Positions 59,905 to 64,000 of a stretch of DNA of 64,000 nucleotides are shown piece by piece. The notes beneath the pieces were generated by a model that had not been told where the DNA came from, did not search any database, and saw nothing but the letters and a program-made list of their open reading frames with translations. The first letter of the stretch is position 1, and every line of letters starts with the position of its first letter. Source of the stretch: Raillietiella orientalis. Lineage: Eukaryota. The stretch lies in the NCBI GenBank assembly GCA_036172245.1, contig JAYWIR010000028.1, forward strand, positions 2,046,001-2,110,000, written 5' to 3'. The translations under genes and the position numbers were made by a program.

Positions 59905-62200
59905 CCACCCGGTCAAGCCGGGGCGTTTATTAGAAAGAAACTGATAACGTTGTGGACGAACCACGCTGGTTGACGGTAGACCGGCGAGGTTCACCTCGGC
60001 AGTGGAGGAAAGAGGGAAAAAATAAAATAAAACTTGATAAAACAAATACAAAAAAAAAAAACGTTGGAGGGCTTGGAAGGGATCGCTGCCCTTTGGAGGG
60101 AGTCCACTGCATCCTTTCCAGGGTACCGGCAAGGTGCTTCCTGATAGCACGCAGGTGGGGTCATCTTTCTGCTATCCGCAGAAATGGAAGCGCGAACGCG
60201 ATGGTGTCCATCTCATACGGTCCTCTTTCAGAGTCTCCCCAGGCTGCCGCAATCCCGCAAATGCCACAAAGAGCTGCTAGCGCATCTCACACGGAAAAGA
60301 GCTTGAAAATGCCCCTAACGTTTGCCAACCAGGGTTCGTGGGGTCGTGCCAAAACGTTCCCACAGGGGCTGGAGGTAACACAGTCCATAAACGGGTGTGC
60401 GAGAGATTCCCGTTTTCCGCACCTGCGATAGTTTGGGCTCGAACTCCCCAGTTTCGAATGGTGTCAGAGGGAGTTGCAGGGAAGACCCCGGTGCAACAGT
60501 AGAAGTGCCGACTCTTGCTACTTCAGGGAGAGGGTGCCATTATTCTTGAACTCTGGAGACCACTCCAGGTCTTCCTTAAGAATACCAAGCAGTTCATCCC
60601 GGCGTTCAAGTCCACGTAAAAGGGCACTTGAGATCTCAGCGTCGGTCAGCTGCACCATGGTTCATCCAATAGTCAACCTCCGTCTGTCCGCGATCTTGCA
60701 GGAGACTCCCCATCCCGCATTTGGCCACTGCCCGTTGCCTTTCCTAGGGAGGGCAGTGTTGCGGCGGGGTGGGTCAGTTCCGGCCAGTCCTGGCGATCCA
60801 CCCGGTGCTCCTTCCTCTTCTTCGGAAGGAAGTCAGAAGAGATGATGAGGATAAAAGAGCGAACGGGTTGAAGCGGGAAAACAATTCTGACCCGAAGCGC
60901 GGAGCTTCACTTCCTGTGGTTGAAGCTTCGTGAGCTTCCGGGAGACTGCATGGGCCGCGAAACTGCTTGTGGGATGAAATGCACTCCTCTTTCCATTTTA
61001 GAAGCTGCAATCTGCTGATCCGAAACAGATTAAAGTTTCTGGGGCTTTTCCCCGTTTCACAAGTGATATGCCGAAGGATGCAACCGATGACCAGACGATC
61101 TTTCACCATCCCTGCTGTGCAACTGCCCTCAGTTTTTCCAGTTTCGGTCGGTGGTCCAGCCCGAGATTTCAGAAGACCTCCATGGAGAAGCGCTTGCCGG
61201 AGCACGCTATTTCCTTCCCGTCGCCGTTACTTACACCGCATAGGGACCCTCAGTTCTTTTAGGACTTCGTCGTTCGCCGGATCCTACGATCCCGGTGCTG
61301 CTGCTGTCGCTGCTCAGGACACTGACGGAGACGGCGCTGATGGCGCTGCTGCTACCTCCAGTGGTGCTGTCGAAAGCAGCGGTACGCTGGATGGCACAGC
61401 AGGGACCACCTTAGGTGAGAAAGCGTAAAAGTCCACCTTGCAGGGTAAGGACTGGCCACCTGAACGGATGGCCAGCTACAAGATTCACGGAGGCAATTCG
61501 CACGACCCCCGTTTCGCATTCCTCCGACCATCGCGTTAACGAGACGTGGACCAGGAGCTGACAATGATTCGATGGCCAAGGGATCTTGAAGAACAGGACG
61601 ATCTATCTGAAGGACGCTGGCACTCGCTTGCACTTGAAATGGGAGGTCAAACTTCTGCAACTTTTCCTCGGCCATGCTCCTTCCAGTTCTCCACAAGAAG
61701 ATTCGTAAGAGGTCGTGGACGCTTACTGCCATCGCTTTCCCGTCGACTTGGAGCATCGGATGCGATCTAGAGTACCAGATTCAGTTACCATTCCGAATCT
61801 TTTCCTGGAATGGGTCGACTGAAGACCACTCTTGCGTGATCCTCCTAATCGGTGCTACCAGTTCGTCCTGACTCTCCGGTGATCCGTTTATTTCGTTCCT
61901 GATGCGGTGGTTGAAAGACTCTTCCTGCAGAGTACTCCTCTTCTGCACATGCAAGTGACGGGAGCAGGAGCCATCCCTAGAAAAAATGCAGATGCCGAGC
62001 AAAGGTGGTAACGATCTTAAACGCAGGACTAGCGCCATTTTGTTTTTTGAAGACTGCTTCTCAGCATATGCAACGCAGTCGTTGAAAGCGAGCATCTTCC
62101 GATCCGCGCTCTCAGCATACCAGTTCATCGCCAGATTTTCTAACAAAAAAGATCTGAGTGTCCTGATTCGTTTCCTGGAAGCGGAGGGACTCTGTCAACG
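59905..62200 (-). mobile_element. Gag-like + RRM + zinc-finger module + spacer, no RT; tail-to-tail with 58250-59830
   Basis: FLLENLAMNWYAE (Gag-like), LQVDGKAMAVSVHDLLRIFL (RRM), QLTDAEISSALLRGLERRDELLGILKEDLEW..LK*QESALLLLHRGLPCN..PNYRRCGKRESLAHPFMDC. Its spacer CTGCCGAGGTGAACCTCGCCGGTCT closely matches 10460-10484. Confidence 0.75.
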
Positions 62201-62899
62201 GCACCCAATACGAATCGGCAAAGTTTCTTGAAAGTTTTCTTCTCCTTACTGCCCTTCTTGTTCCCATGACGTCATGGCTCCAAACATTCCTTTTCCCGAG
62301 GAGCACAGCACTAGGAGGAAAGCGGTCTCGTCTTCCGCAACAGCTTTTCTACCTGGCAACTTCCGATGATTCGTCAAATTTTGCAGTCCTTCCCTCCTCC
62401 TACCTTCCAAAGGGGTTCCCAATTTTGAAGGTTCTCGCAAGGACGTGGGAGAAACCCAGCACCAGAGATCGCAAGCATCTTTAGATCTTTTTTCACCTCC
62501 TCCTCCTCTGACGTATGTTGATCCTTTGGTTAAAGATTTGTCGCTCACTTATTCGATGGTCCTCAACCTCCACCCTCGAGCGACTTCATCGCGTTTCCGG
62601 CAGGAGGTGAGCAGCCGGTCATCTTCGCACACTTCTCCGTTTGCTTCTTTCTGCTCTTGGCCGCACCGGCTGCAGGTGGCGGAAGGGATTCCTCGCTTCT
62701 GTCGCATATGGCCCCTTTCTTTCCCGAGCTTTCTTCTCTCCTTTTGCCTTGTGGGGCGTTGGAGCCATAACCTCACTCCATTGTTCTCCCTCGCTTTTCA
62801 GATTTCTGCCCTGAACCAACGTTTCGTAGGAACGCTGTCTCTGCAGAGGGCGTGGTTTCCGTGATCAGAGGAACTCAGGTCTTCAGAGCTCCTCGTGCT

Positions 62900-63060
62900 G
62901 CGGAACCGAAGCTCTGCAGCACGAAGAGGGTCTCCCCCCTGAGGTCCCCACGCGGAACATTGCCCCTCCGACGTCTGCTGCTGGTTTCCTAGCAACCCGA
63001 AGGTGTGCAGGTGCGCCCGGTCCACACAGGAGCCGAGTGCCCGAATGCAGACAGCATCTA
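62900..63060 (+). mobile_element. ORF1-like zinc-knuckle relic
   Basis: QP(fs)KVCRC..HTGAECP resembles the QP..C..C...H....CP knuckle. Confidence 0.3.
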
Positions 63061-64000
63061 CCCCTCCCTCCTCAGTGCTCGCGGCATCCCGATTCTTCTG
63101 CACGTCAGAGTCCCTTTGAAAAATCAATCGCACTCGTTCTTATTGCAAGGAACACAAAGCTTTCACTTTCATCTCTCTTGCCTTTGCATCCCTTCCCTAT
63201 CCAAGGAACCGGTTTATTAACTTAGGGCTATCTCCACGGAAACAGAGACAGAGGAGGTGCTCCAAGAGACAAACAATGCAGCCGACTGCTTTCGTACATG
63301 CACTTTTATTGTGCAGGGCTGTGGGGCTCTTCAACTGTTGCTAGTGGTTAACGACTCGGTTGACATTGATGGCACTCTAAGCTGACTGATCCAGGGGATC
63401 ATGAGCGCAGCGGCAGATTAGTTTCCAAGGAGAGTTCTCTATTAAATTCGCTTCCATTATCGTCCTCATTGTTCTCTGTGACATTCTGCGTAGCTAAGGG
63501 CGTCCTATTAAATCTAAGAGAGAACAGCTGCTATCCGCTCCTCCTCGCCACCCTGGAAACAATCAGTAAGATGGAACTAAAAGACGTCCTTACCTGTTGT
63601 CTGATTCTTCTCCAACGGAAAAGGCTGCTGTCCACTTTTATAAAACGCCAGCCGGTGGTCTCACGTCGCCGCACAATGTGTCCCTAGGAGGAGCTGCGAG
63701 GATGGCAACTTCCTCGGAGTGCATTTTTAAAGTTCAGCGTTGGGCGGTGCTTTCAGAAGAGCACGAATCAGCATTACAAGGGGCAGCCGGCTCTTTTCTT
63801 TTTCTCCGCTTGGATCTCTTGCGGAGGACGCCTCCGCGCAGTTGGTACTTTTTCAAACGCTACCTAATCGAATAGATCTGTGGACAGTGCAGTGCCTCTG
63901 CATCACTTTTCTTCCACGTGAAAGATTCCGAATAGCTACTGGGACTCCATCCGCAAAATTGTACGCAGCCATGGAACGCCTCTTCAGTTCAACCAAGAAC

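Noticed and set aside
26000..64000. Bacterial contamination or horizontal transfer as the cause of the GC shift
   Set aside because: No operon-like intact genes. The block has microsatellites, poly-A/T runs and clear homology to the eukaryotic retroelement at 9-10.6 kb.

Overview
This is a eukaryotic, most likely invertebrate-animal, genomic window with two compartments. I cannot name the organism. All calls come from manual reading and translation with no database searches, so the degenerate transposon calls are provisional. (1) About 1-21 kb is AT-rich and holds three spliced host genes with very short introns (37-52 nt, plus one 1.9-kb intron): an enkurin-domain gene (ENKD1-like, +), DDX56/Dbp9 (+), and an M17 leucyl aminopeptidase (-) whose stop lies 36 bp from the DDX56 stop. 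Between them sit two copies of an L1/Tx1-like non-LTR retrotransposon, each with a 15-bp target-site duplication (TSD) and ending in AATAAA plus a hairpin with no poly(A) tail. The long copy (9073-13933) is the most unusual feature. Inside one TSD it contains, in order: the 3' half of a U1-like snRNA (SL3, Sm site, UUCG-capped SL4, 3'-box-like motif); an ORF1-like RRM region joined to a second, paralogous copy of the ORF2 C-terminal zinc-finger domain; a T-rich structured spacer that itself ends like a LINE 3' end; and an N-terminally clipped endonuclease-RT-zinc-finger ORF2. (2) About 26-64 kb is GC-rich and is a mixed-orientation collection of decayed copies of the ORF1+zinc-finger+spacer module, interleaved with Gag-like fragments. 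I found no RT there. It also holds piggyBac and other DNA-transposon remnants, a fold-back inversion and a second degenerate U1-like sequence. Working hypothesis: a bipartite, snRNA-headed retrotransposon system in which the ORF1 and ORF2 modules have separate 3' ends and can move independently.
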